Origin: Acidimicrobiia bacterium | GTDB lineage: Bacteria; Actinomycetota; Acidimicrobiia; Spongiisociales; Spongiisociaceae | DNA length: 41,473 bases | NCBI GenBank assembly: GCA_041576165.1 | Contig: JBFGLM010000040.1 | Span: 1 to 41,473, forward strand | Direction of reading: 5' to 3' | Shown: one piece after another, positions 9,299-17,668 of the stretch | Numbering within the stretch: the stretch's first letter is position 1 | Layout: each line of letters starts with the position of its first letter | Notes under the pieces: model-generated | What the model was told of the DNA's origin: nothing | Seen by the model: the letters and a program-made list of their open reading frames with translations, nothing else | Databases searched by the model: none | Translations under genes and position numbers: made by a program

Positions 9299-9541
9299 AT
9301 GCATCGCCAGCCGGAACTGCTCGTCTGCACCGAAATGCTGCGGCTGTCCTTTGACTACCTCGAGGACGTCATGGCGGTGTCTGAGCTGCTCCGCTTCGAG
9401 CAGCACCCGACACTGTGTGATGGCTGCACGAACTTTTTGGGCAATCTGCGGCACATGAAGGCGGTCCGCAGGTATCGAGGACGAGGAGCTGCCGGAGGAC
9501 GTGAAGGCCAACTTCGTCAGCAGCTTCGTGTAGAGGCTTGA
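9299..9541 (+). pseudogene. zf-HC2 (anti-sigma-type zinc finger) protein, probably frameshifted
   Basis: C-x9-DYL…FEQHPTLCDGC zinc-finger motif. A family-like C-terminus (GIEDEELPEDVKANFVSSFV*) lies in the +1 frame from 9471 to TAG 9531-9533. Confidence 0.6.
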
Positions 9542-9662
9542 TTCTTCACAAGTTCACGGCCGCTGGTGCTGTCGCTCCCCTTCAGCCGACTGCGCTGGCC
9601 GACCCCGGAGGCCGGGGAAAGCTCGAGAAGTAGTAACCCTCCCAGCGTGAGCACCAGGTAGC

Positions 9663-12113
9663 TCAGTCGGTATCCAGGACTCCACGGATGGCCTCGATGA
9701 TCTCGGAGGGGTCGCACGGCTTCGAGAGATAGGCGTCGCAACCGGCCTCCAAGCACCGGTCCTCGTCGCCCTTCATCGCCAGTGCCGTCAACGCGATGAC
9801 GGGAATGTGCATGGTGGCCGGGTTGGTCTTCAACGCCCGAGTAACCGACAACCCGTCACGCTTGGGCAGCTGCACGTCCATGAGGATGACGTCTGGACGG
9901 AACTCTCTAACCGCGCCTTCGGCTTGATCGCCGTCCACTGCCACCTCGGTCACGTAGCCCTCAGATGCGAGCACATCGGTGAACATCATCCGGTTAGCCT
10001 CGTTGTCTTCGACCACCAAGACCCGGACGGCGCCGTCGGCTAACTCGGTGCCGTGCTCCGCGACCAGCGTCTCCGTTCCCCTGCCGGTACTGAGGGTGGA
10101 GGCCAGTGGCAGGGTGAAGGTGAACGCCGAGCCGTGACCGAGCTCGCTCTCCACTCCCAGCGTTCCTCCCTGCATTTCCACGAGCTTGCGGGTCAGTGCC
10201 AAGCCGAGGCCGGTGCCCTCGTGAGCCCTAGCGAGGGAGTTGTCGAGTTGTTTGAACGGGGCGAAGACGTCGTCGAGCCTGTCCTGGGGAATTCCAACGC
10301 CGGTGTCCCACACGATCACGGCGAGGAACGGCCCCTCGACCCGGGCGCGCACTTCCACGCGGCCGCCCGGATCGGTGAATTTGATGGCATTCGAGAGCAG
10401 GTTGAGCAGGATCTGCTTGGTCCGGCGCGGGTCCGCCACCACGCTCGGCAGCGACTCCGGACAATCGACGTCGAGGCCTATCCCTTTGGCAAGCGCCTGC
10501 TCATTCACGACCGCGACGGCGGCGGTCGTGATCGGGCCCACGTCGACCACCACCGGCTCCGGTTCCAGCTGGTCGGCGTCGATCTTGGCGAGGTCGAGGA
10601 TGTCGTTGATCAGTTCCAGCAGATGGCGGCCGGCTGCCTCGATCTGCTCGAGATACGCGCTCTGCTTGGCGTTGACCGGCCCGTGAGTCTCACGCCCGAG
10701 GATTGTGGAGAGGCCGATGACTGCGTTCAGTGGGGTCCGCAACTCGTGGCTCATCGCGGCCAGGAACTCGTCCTTGGCTCGTGCAGTGCGCTCGGCCGCT
10801 TCCTTCGCTTCGAGCAACGCTGTCTCGATGGCCTTGCGCTCGGCGATGTTGCGAACGATCGCGGTGATGATCGAACGGGTACCGAGCTCCGTCCGCCCGA
10901 ACGAGACCTCAACCGATAACGGCGAACCCGACCGATCCAGGACGACCAGTTCGCTGGTGGGTGCGGATTGGTCGGACACGAGTCTCCGGTACTCGTCGAG
11001 ATGGTCTTCGGGAATCAACTCGGTGACGCTCCGGCCCACCATCTCGGCTTCGGTGAAGCCGGTCATCTGCTCGGCGGCGGGATTGAAGGCTTCGATGACA
11101 CCGTCATCACCGAAGGCCACGACGGCTTCGGAGGCGTGCTCGACCACGGCCCGGTAGAGCTCTTCTCGGCTGCGCTCGCGTTTCTCTGCCGCACGGCGCG
11201 CCTCTTCGCTCCCGATGGCTTCGATCATGCCGCCCACGGTGGCGACGAGGGGCTGGAGGTAGTCGACGATCGCCTCGTCGTAGCCATGGGGACGGTTGGA
11301 AACTGCCAACACGCCGGCCACCTCACCCGCCTTCAACACCGGGATCGCCAGAAACGAGTCGAGAGGAGGGTGACCGTAGGGCCGGCCGCCCTGGCGCGGG
11401 TCGTGCACGGGGTCATTGGCGATGATGTGGGTCTTGTCGGTCACGGCTCGCCCGAACAGGTTCTCTAGGTTGTGGAACTCCATGCCCCGGGGCCCGTGCT
11501 CGGCGTACATCTGCCGGGTCGCCTCGTTCCAGGCGATGTTGGTCATCGCCCACGTGCGCAGGAACGGAGCCCCTTCGGCGTCGTGATGTACCTGGGCGAT
11601 GAAGCCGTACTCGCTTTCCGTGATCGAGAGAAGATCTTCGAGCAGGTGGTCGAACAGCTCGCCAGGGTCGACCCCGGCGATGAAACGGCTCTGTACGTTG
11701 GTGAGTGTGTCCAACAGGGCGTTGCTGCGCACCAACTCAGCGTCGGTGCGGCGGCTGGCCGTCACATCCTCCAGCACGCCCTGGTAGAAGACCACCTCGC
11801 CGGCGTCGTCGAACACACCAAACGTGCTCACCCGCACCCAGATGCTGCGCCCATCCAGCAGCCTCAGCTCGATCTCCTCGGGGGGGATTGCCCCGCTGGC
11901 GGCGACCCGGCTCATCATGCTGTCGCGGGCCTGCGGGTCGGCGTAGAGGGAGCGAACATCGACGTCGACGAGGTCAGCGACTGAGTCTGCGCCGACCAGC
12001 TCGGCCAATGCCGGATTGCCGGCCACGATCCGGCCATCCGGCGTCGTCCGGAAGACGGCGACCGGAAGCTCAGCAACGATCGAGTCAGCGTCGGTGATGG
12101 TGTTCTGTTTCAT
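9663..12113 (-). CDS. Hybrid sensor histidine kinase/response regulator (PAS-GAF-PAS-HisKA-HATPase-REC)
   Basis: H-box MSHELRTPLN, N-box NLLSNAIKFT, DTGVGI, GTGLGL, and receiver VVEDN…LMDVQLP…KP. N-terminal PAS and GAF (PYGHPPLDSFLAIP). No transmembrane segment. Confidence 0.95.
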   Translation of the reverse strand: MKQNTITDADSIVAELPVAVFRTTPDGRIVAGNPALAELVGADSVADLVDVDVRSLYADPQARDSMMSRVAASGAIPPEEIELRLLDGRSIWVRVSTFGVFDDAGEVVFYQGVLEDVTASRRTDAELVRSNALLDTLTNVQSRFIAGVDPGELFDHLLEDLLSITESEYGFIAQVHHDAEGAPFLRTWAMTNIAWNEATRQMYAEHGPRGMEFHNLENLFGRAVTDKTHIIANDPVHDPRQGGRPYGHPPLDSFLAIPVLKAGEVAGVLAVSNRPHGYDEAIVDYLQPLVATVGGMIEAIGSEEARRAAEKRERSREELYRAVVEHASEAVVAFGDDGVIEAFNPAAEQMTGFTEAEMVGRSVTELIPEDHLDEYRRLVSDQSAPTSELVVLDRSGSPLSVEVSFGRTELGTRSIITAIVRNIAERKAIETALLEAKEAAERTARAKDEFLAAMSHELRTPLNAVIGLSTILGRETHGPVNAKQSAYLEQIEAAGRHLLELINDILDLAKIDADQLEPEPVVVDVGPITTAAVAVVNEQALAKGIGLDVDCPESLPSVVADPRRTKQILLNLLSNAIKFTDPGGRVEVRARVEGPFLAVIVWDTGVGIPQDRLDDVFAPFKQLDNSLARAHEGTGLGLALTRKLVEMQGGTLGVESELGHGSAFTFTLPLASTLSTGRGTETLVAEHGTELADGAVRVLVVEDNEANRMMFTDVLASEGYVTEVAVDGDQAEGAVREFRPDVILMDVQLPKRDGLSVTRALKTNPATMHIPVIALTALAMKGDEDRCLEAGCDAYLSKPCDPSEIIEAIRGVLDTD

Positions 12114-12134
12114 GAGAATGTGGCGGTGACTCAG

Positions 12135-12162
12135 TCATCGGTACCGACGGATTCCGCCTTGA
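12135..12162 (-). promoter_or_regulatory. Putative sigma28/WhiG-type promoter of the hybrid kinase gene
   Basis: Minus strand TCAA (12162-12159)-N16-ACCGATGA (12142-12135), about 20 nt upstream of ATG 12113. Same spacing as the three other sites in the island. Confidence 0.5.
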
Positions 12163-12177
12163 ACACCGACGGTTCGC

Positions 12178-12741
12178 CTATGCACCCACCAGAACCGACG
12201 CGATGGCCCGATCGACGGCTTCGGCTTCGAGCGGCTTCTGCAGGACCATCGAGCCGACCTGGTCCGCCCGTTCCAGGAGGGACTGCTCGGTGGTGGCGGT
12301 GATGAAGATCACGGCGATGCGTTCCAGGCCCTCGACCTGGGCCAGCCGTTCGGCAACCTCGAACCCATCGAGACCCGGCATCATGATGTCGAGAAAGAGG
12401 ACATCGGGGCGGAGCACGCCACAGAGCAAGAGTCCCTCGACCGGGCTGGTGGTGGTGATGACGTCTCCCTGATGACGGCCGTGAGCGACGAGGTCTTCAA
12501 CGATGGCACATGACACCGGGTCGTCGTCGATGGCCAGCACGCTGAGGCCGGTACGCACCCCGAGACGCTTCGCCATCTCCAAGAGCTGGGCCACGTGGAC
12601 TCGGCGCGGCTCGGTTCGCCCCCGTTCCCAGGCGTTGACGGTGGCGAACGACACGCCGAGACGGCGCGCCAGCGCCTCCTGGCTGTCGCCGGTCTCGCGG
12701 CGGATGCTGAGCACGAGCTCGGGGATGGTCGGTGCGGGCAT
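12178..12741 (-). CDS. XRE/Cro-C1 helix-turn-helix regulator fused to a C-terminal receiver domain
   Basis: SQEALARRLGVSFATVNAWERGRTEP (XRE HTH), then IDDD…FLDIMMP…FITA…QKP (REC). Start ATG 12741 (MPAPTIPEL). Confidence 0.9.
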   Translation of the reverse strand: MPAPTIPELVLSIRRETGDSQEALARRLGVSFATVNAWERGRTEPRRVHVAQLLEMAKRLGVRTGLSVLAIDDDPVSCAIVEDLVAHGRHQGDVITTTSPVEGLLLCGVLRPDVLFLDIMMPGLDGFEVAERLAQVEGLERIAVIFITATTEQSLLERADQVGSMVLQKPLEAEAVDRAIASVLVGA

Positions 12742-12748
12742 AGCCACC

Positions 12749-12776
12749 TCTTCGGCCTCTGGTGGGATGAACTTTA
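12749..12776 (-). promoter_or_regulatory. Putative sigma28/WhiG-type promoter of the XRE-REC gene
   Basis: Minus strand TAAAGTT (12776-12770)-N13-GCCGAAGA (12756-12749), equivalent to TAAA-N16-GCCGAA. Seven nt separate it from ATG 12741. Confidence 0.65.
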
Positions 12777-12780
12777 TAGC

Positions 12781-12825
12781 AAGTACATAAAAAAATATCA
12801 AGTTCTATCGCGTTAGTGCCGATGC
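12781..12825 (+). promoter_or_regulatory. Putative sigma28/WhiG-type promoter module (copy 1) of the STAS-glycan operon
   Basis: TCAAGTT (12798-12804)-N13-GCCGATGC (12818-12825), 7 nt before ATG 12833. Segment 12781-12823 matches 18805-18847 at 34/43 positions without gaps. Confidence 0.7.
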
Positions 12826-12832
12826 CCCGGTC

Positions 12833-13378
12833 ATGAACACAGCACACATCGTCTCGCTCTGCGGCCGGCTCGACGTCCACCGCCTCGACGAGGTGCGCGC
12901 CCTGGGCCGACACCCCGTCATCGATGCCTCCGGCATCGAGTTCCTCGACGCTCACGCCCTCGCCCTGCTCGACGAGCTGGGCGCCATCATCGCCGCCCCT
13001 TCCGACGTGGTTCGCATCACCCTCGAGCTGACCGGCTCGACGCTCTCCTGCTTCCCGACGGTGGAGGCGGCGCTCGGTATGCAAGCCGAGACGGTTCCCG
13101 ACTCGAACGTACTCCGCCCCGGGAGCCGTCTCGATCTCGAGACCGCCGACCAGTTCCGTCGGGACGCTGACCGCTTCCTGGCGTCGCCGGCCACGCACGC
13201 GATCGTCGACCTGGGCACCACCACCGAGATGGACGTCGCCGGGCTTGCCGCCCTCGCCTTCTTTCTCATCCGGTGCCGCGCCCAGAACCGATCTGTTGCC
13301 ATCGCCGGTCCGATCTCGCCGCCCGTGGGCCGCCTCATCGACTACAGCGGGTTCGATCTGCTCTTCGAAGCCGCCTGA
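12833..13378 (+). CDS. Tandem STAS (anti-sigma-factor antagonist-like) domain protein
   Basis: Two SpoIIAA-like repeats: LCGRLD…IDASGIEFLD…VRITLELTG…FPTVEAAL and GSRLDLETA…IVDLG…MDVAGL…LIDYSGFD. Confidence 0.8.
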   Translation: MNTAHIVSLCGRLDVHRLDEVRALGRHPVIDASGIEFLDAHALALLDELGAIIAAPSDVVRITLELTGSTLSCFPTVEAALGMQAETVPDSNVLRPGSRLDLETADQFRRDADRFLASPATHAIVDLGTTTEMDVAGLAALAFFLIRCRAQNRSVAIAGPISPPVGRLIDYSGFDLLFEAA

Positions 13379-13382
13379 GCTG

Positions 13383-14558
13383 ATGACGGCAGCAGTCAGA
13401 ACCCGGCGACCCACCTCGGCGCGACCCTCCGGCGCCGCCTTCCTCGTGAGCGCCGCCGTCGTGCACGGGGGCAACTACCTGTTCAACGTGGTGATGGGAC
13501 GCGCCCTCGGTCCCGCCCCGTTCTCGGACCTCCTCGTCGTCCTCACACTGCTGCTGGCGATGACGCTCGTCTCGGGGACGCTCCAGACGGCAGCAGCCAA
13601 GCTGGCAACGGAGTCTGGAGGCGGGGCCGCCAGCCGCTGGCTGCGGAGCCGGGCCCTTGGCGCCGGCTCGGTGCTGGCGCTGGTGATAGCGGCCGGCTCC
13701 CCCATGCTCTCCCGGTTCTTCAACGTCGAGTCGCCGCTGCCGTTCATCATCATCGCAGCAGGCGTCCCGGCCCTCCTGGCCCAGGCTGTCGATCGCGGTG
13801 TTCTCCAGGGCTCGGTTCGCTTCGGCCGCCTCGCCCTCTCCTATCAAGCCGAGATGTGGTGCCGCCTCGGTGGTGCCGGACTGCTGGTGTGGGCGGGCCT
13901 GGGCCTCAACGGTGCGGTGGCCGCGCTGGCGCTGTCCTTCTGGGTCAGCTGGGCCCTCTCCCGCCCCCGGTCTCGCTCTGGGCCGGCCACCGGCCGACCG
14001 CCGGTCGGTGCCGTAGCCGGAGCCGCGCTCTTGGCGGCCGGCGAAGTGCTCGTCAATCACGCCGATCTGCTCATCGTCAAGCACTTCAACGAGGCTGCGG
14101 TCGCGGGAGCCTTCGGCGCCATCGCACTGGTGGGGCGGATCCCCTTCTTCGCGGCCTGGACGCTGGCCGCCCTGGCCTTCCCCTCTGTCGCCGCCGGCGA
14201 CGGCCGCGCTCGGCGCCAGACCCTCGGCGCCGTGGCGGTCATCGGGACCGGGGTGACCGTCGCCGGCTGGGTCTTCCCCGGGGTGGTCGAGCTGCTCTTT
14301 GGCGATGGCTTCTTCACCTACGCCTCCTACCTCGGGCCCTATACCGCCTCCACCGCGATGTTCGCCCTGGCCCGGACCGAGGCGCTGCTCGAGCTGGCGG
14401 CAGGCCGCCATCGCGGCACCACCTTGGTGCTGGCGGCGGGCGTGGTCCAGGCCGCCGCCCTGTGGTGGCTGGGAGCTGCCATCGGCACCGTGGTCGCGGT
14501 GCGGCTGGCAGTGATGGCGTTGCTGGCAGCGGCGCTCGTCGTCGGGAGGCAGACATGA
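13383..14558 (+). CDS. Oligosaccharide flippase / polysaccharide-biosynthesis (Wzx/MOP-type) membrane protein
   Basis: GNYLFNVVMGRALGPAPF, DRGVLQG and DLLIVKHF…AGAFGAIALVGRIPFF; about 11-12 hydrophobic helices. Start ATG 13383. Confidence 0.82.
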   Translation: MTAAVRTRRPTSARPSGAAFLVSAAVVHGGNYLFNVVMGRALGPAPFSDLLVVLTLLLAMTLVSGTLQTAAAKLATESGGGAASRWLRSRALGAGSVLALVIAAGSPMLSRFFNVESPLPFIIIAAGVPALLAQAVDRGVLQGSVRFGRLALSYQAEMWCRLGGAGLLVWAGLGLNGAVAALALSFWVSWALSRPRSRSGPATGRPPVGAVAGAALLAAGEVLVNHADLLIVKHFNEAAVAGAFGAIALVGRIPFFAAWTLAALAFPSVAAGDGRARRQTLGAVAVIGTGVTVAGWVFPGVVELLFGDGFFTYASYLGPYTASTAMFALARTEALLELAAGRHRGTTLVLAAGVVQAAALWWLGAAIGTVVAVRLAVMALLAAALVVGRQT

Positions 14559-17500
14559 GCCCGGCCGTGAGTTACCACGACGCCGGAGAACTCAGGGCAG
14601 CTCGGCGAGTCCACCGTTGGGTCGGCGCCGCCTTCTACGCCTTGTCGTTCCTGGTGTTCCGCGATGTCCTCTTCGCCATCCCCCAGATCCTCGCCGGCGA
14701 AGCAGTGATCAACGGCGACGAGTTGGTCCCCTTCTTCAACCCCACCAGTCAGCTCTTCGACCAGGCCCGGGGCGAGTTCAGCCACCTAACCAACGGCTAC
14801 GAATTCCGGGTCCGCTACTCGTTCCTCACCACCTGGCTGCGCCACTACCAGGTGCTGCCGTTCGCCATCCTGCTCGTCATCCCCACGGTCTTCTTCGGGG
14901 TCTATGTGGCCGTGTCCCGCTTCGTGTCTGCCGTGTTCCGGACGCTGTCGCCGGTGTCGGTGGCCCTGGGAGCGGCGTTCCCCACCACGCTCGTCTACTC
15001 GATCGTCACCTATGCGAAGGTCACTCACTTCTACACGCTGATCCTGGGCCTGGCGCTCATGACCATCGCCGTCCTGCTGATGCTCTATGGACTGCTGTTC
15101 GCGGCTGAGCGCTGGGTGCGCTACCTGGTGGGCGCCTGCCTCGTCACCCTCTTCAACCCCGCAGTCCACTACGTCGTGCTGTTCGGCGTGTTCTTCGCCG
15201 TCGCCGGGGTGACCCTGGTGTTGGGCGAGCTGGCCCGATGGATCAGGCGGGGTTGGCCACGGCGCCTCCGCACCGTGCCCGCCCGCGCCAAGGCGGTGCT
15301 GCGCTCCCCCCGAGGCCTGCGAGATCTGGTAGCCGGCAACGTCATCCTTCGGGGCGTGGTCGGCGGGCTGCTCTTCCTGTGCATGACGGTCATCCCCTAC
15401 GCCCTCTTCGTGAAGTTCGTCGCCCTGCGCGGCATCGAGAACCTGTCGGTGACCGTTCCCGGGGACTACTACTTCATCCGCGACGCCTCGGTGTCCTGGC
15501 TCCACGTCATGTCGTGGGACCTGGCCGGGATCATGGACAAGATCCTCTTCGGCGACTACCTCGCCAAGGTCCCCCGCTATCCCAACGTCGTCTACTCGCT
15601 GCTGCTGGTTGCTCCCCTCGTGCTGCCTCCGGTGCGGCGCACCCTCTTGGCTGGCCGCCCCCACCGCCAGCTCTTCGGTGTGGTCTCTGTGACCGCGGCC
15701 TTCGCCGTCTGGGCCACCATCGGGTACGCCGAGCCGCAGTGGTTCCCCACCTTCCACCGCTCGATGGCGGCACTGGCCCGGGTGACCGCCCAGACCCCCC
15801 TCGGCGATCTGGCCCTGAAGGTGACCTCGACGGTCGTCCAGGTGCTGCGATTCCCCCATCGCTTCCAGCTGATCCTGTTCGTGCTGGCCCCGGTGCTCAT
15901 GACCCTCGGCCTCGCCTGGTCCATCGATGTGCTGCACGCCCACTGGATGCGCAGGCGCCCTGCAGCGGGAGGCGACACCCGACGCGCCGGCATCGCCTTG
16001 CGAGGAGCGGCAACACTGTGGGTCGCCACCTTCTTCTTCCTGCCCTTCTGGTCCAACGCCCCGTACCGGGAGGTGTTCGGGTCTGGCAACTTCGGCAACT
16101 TCGCCACGCCCATCCCGGTCGCCGACCTCCAGGAGTTGAAGGCCGAGCTGCTGCGGCTCCCCGAGGGCAAGACCGTCGTGTTGCCGCCTACCGAGAGCGG
16201 CAAGCTGGTGACGGACGGCAACGGCATCGATCACCGCTTCAACGACAAGTTCTTCATCTACTACCTGGATCAGCCGAGCTTCTACTACGGCCTCACCGGC
16301 GAGGCGGACAACAAGTTCGAGTTCTTCCTCATCTTGCGGGGCATCTACTACCAGCAGGACTGGTGGATCAACCCGGCCCGCGACATCGGCATCCGCTATC
16401 TCGTGGTCAACAACGAGTTGCGGGACAATCGCGGCGTCGGTGCCGAGTACCTGCCCGACGTCGAGTCCTATGCCGGGCCGGCCCTGGAGCGGCAGGTGGA
16501 CAACGGTTTCGTCGAGCTCCTCTTCGAGAACGACACGTACGTGCTCTACGAGCTGGTGGACGGTCCGCCCGAGGATCGGGAGACCCTGCTCATCGATTCC
16601 AGCTGGTCGGAGTACCTCGACCTCGTGTTCGACCGGCTGGCTCTCAGCCGCTGCTACGACTTCGAGTACCTGCCGTACTACGACCCGCCGGCGGCACCGG
16701 ATCAGCCGGTCAACCTGTTCACCACCGACGCCCACTCGGCCGCCGTCGACCTGCACGCTGTCAACGGTGCGTTCTTCCCGCCGACCTCCCGGGGGTTTGC
16801 CTTCGACTCCGACATCGTCACCTCGGCCTACTACCAGTCGCCGATGTTCCGGCTGTTCCTGTTCCTCTCCAACACCAAATGGAACCGAACCGAGATCATC
16901 ACGCCCGGCCTCTTCGGGACCGTGCGCGGGGGTTTCGCGGCCGCCCCGCGCTCCACCCGCCTCACCGTGCCGGTGTCGCTGGACCAGTCCGGGCGCTACC
17001 GGGTGCTGCTTCGGGGAGCGGCCACCGCCAACACACTCGAGGTCGCCGCCCCGAGCCTGGGGTACGAGAGGAATGTCGAACTCCGCTCGGGGACCGACTC
17101 ACTGCAGCTCTTCACCGAGGACACCGTGTACTCCGAAAGGCGAGTGGCCGTCGATATCTCGGCCATGTCCGTGGCCGATCTGGAGGACCGCATCGGCACC
17201 GACCTGGTGCCGGTCAACCTCCGCTACCAATACCACGACCTGGGCTGGGTGGAGGGATCGGCCGGGCTCCATCACGTCACCATCGACAAGACCGACGACA
17301 ACCCCATCCTCATCGAGGGCCTGGTACTCGTCCCCGCCGACGACTACCTCTGGCTGGAGCTTCCAGACCACGTGCACGTCGTCACCGACCCCGGGCAGCT
17401 CTCCTGCGGCGACCGCTACGACGTCTTCGACAGCCGCGAGCTCGACTACGTCGACCCCGCTGCCAATGCCGAGCACCGGAACCTCAGCAACGAGGAGCTG

Positions 17501-17668
17501 CTGTCGCTGGCGGCCGCCGGCGTCCCCGGCCTCGAGCCCGAAGAGGGCGGGGGCCTCCGTTACGACTGGCTGGTGCTGGCGCTCACCGCCGGGCTGCTCG
17601 TCGCCGCCACCTTGACAGTCAGGTCCCACACCCGCCCCCGCGCCGACGAGGAGAATGGCCATGCATGA
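14555..17668 (+). CDS. 1037-aa multi-pass membrane protein, probable GT-C-fold glycosyltransferase (AftD/YfhO-like layout)
   Basis: ATG 14555 overlaps the flippase stop. The first TM is followed by an acidic NGDE motif, then about 10 TMs including LRFPHRF, a large extracytoplasmic domain and a C-terminal TM anchor. The CDS is secure; the function is inferred. Confidence 0.7.
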   Translation: MSPAVSYHDAGELRAARRVHRWVGAAFYALSFLVFRDVLFAIPQILAGEAVINGDELVPFFNPTSQLFDQARGEFSHLTNGYEFRVRYSFLTTWLRHYQVLPFAILLVIPTVFFGVYVAVSRFVSAVFRTLSPVSVALGAAFPTTLVYSIVTYAKVTHFYTLILGLALMTIAVLLMLYGLLFAAERWVRYLVGACLVTLFNPAVHYVVLFGVFFAVAGVTLVLGELARWIRRGWPRRLRTVPARAKAVLRSPRGLRDLVAGNVILRGVVGGLLFLCMTVIPYALFVKFVALRGIENLSVTVPGDYYFIRDASVSWLHVMSWDLAGIMDKILFGDYLAKVPRYPNVVYSLLLVAPLVLPPVRRTLLAGRPHRQLFGVVSVTAAFAVWATIGYAEPQWFPTFHRSMAALARVTAQTPLGDLALKVTSTVVQVLRFPHRFQLILFVLAPVLMTLGLAWSIDVLHAHWMRRRPAAGGDTRRAGIALRGAATLWVATFFFLPFWSNAPYREVFGSGNFGNFATPIPVADLQELKAELLRLPEGKTVVLPPTESGKLVTDGNGIDHRFNDKFFIYYLDQPSFYYGLTGEADNKFEFFLILRGIYYQQDWWINPARDIGIRYLVVNNELRDNRGVGAEYLPDVESYAGPALERQVDNGFVELLFENDTYVLYELVDGPPEDRETLLIDSSWSEYLDLVFDRLALSRCYDFEYLPYYDPPAAPDQPVNLFTTDAHSAAVDLHAVNGAFFPPTSRGFAFDSDIVTSAYYQSPMFRLFLFLSNTKWNRTEIITPGLFGTVRGGFAAAPRSTRLTVPVSLDQSGRYRVLLRGAATANTLEVAAPSLGYERNVELRSGTDSLQLFTEDTVYSERRVAVDISAMSVADLEDRIGTDLVPVNLRYQYHDLGWVEGSAGLHHVTIDKTDDNPILIEGLVLVPADDYLWLELPDHVHVVTDPGQLSCGDRYDVFDSRELDYVDPAANAEHRNLSNEELLSLAAAGVPGLEPEEGGGLRYDWLVLALTAGLLVAATLTVRSHTRPRADEENGHA

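Noticed and set aside
9135-9310. Protein-looking minus-strand frame (…MAKDRGPANADEWTKPSAPDMAVAVLHAARISGYEFRDSLD*)
   Set aside because: About 41 aa from the ATG, with no RBS or recognisable motif; not supportable.
13856-14554. 1270-aa version of the large membrane protein
   Set aside because: The first 233 codons are an off-frame read of the flippase. The true start is ATG 14555 at an ATGA overlap.
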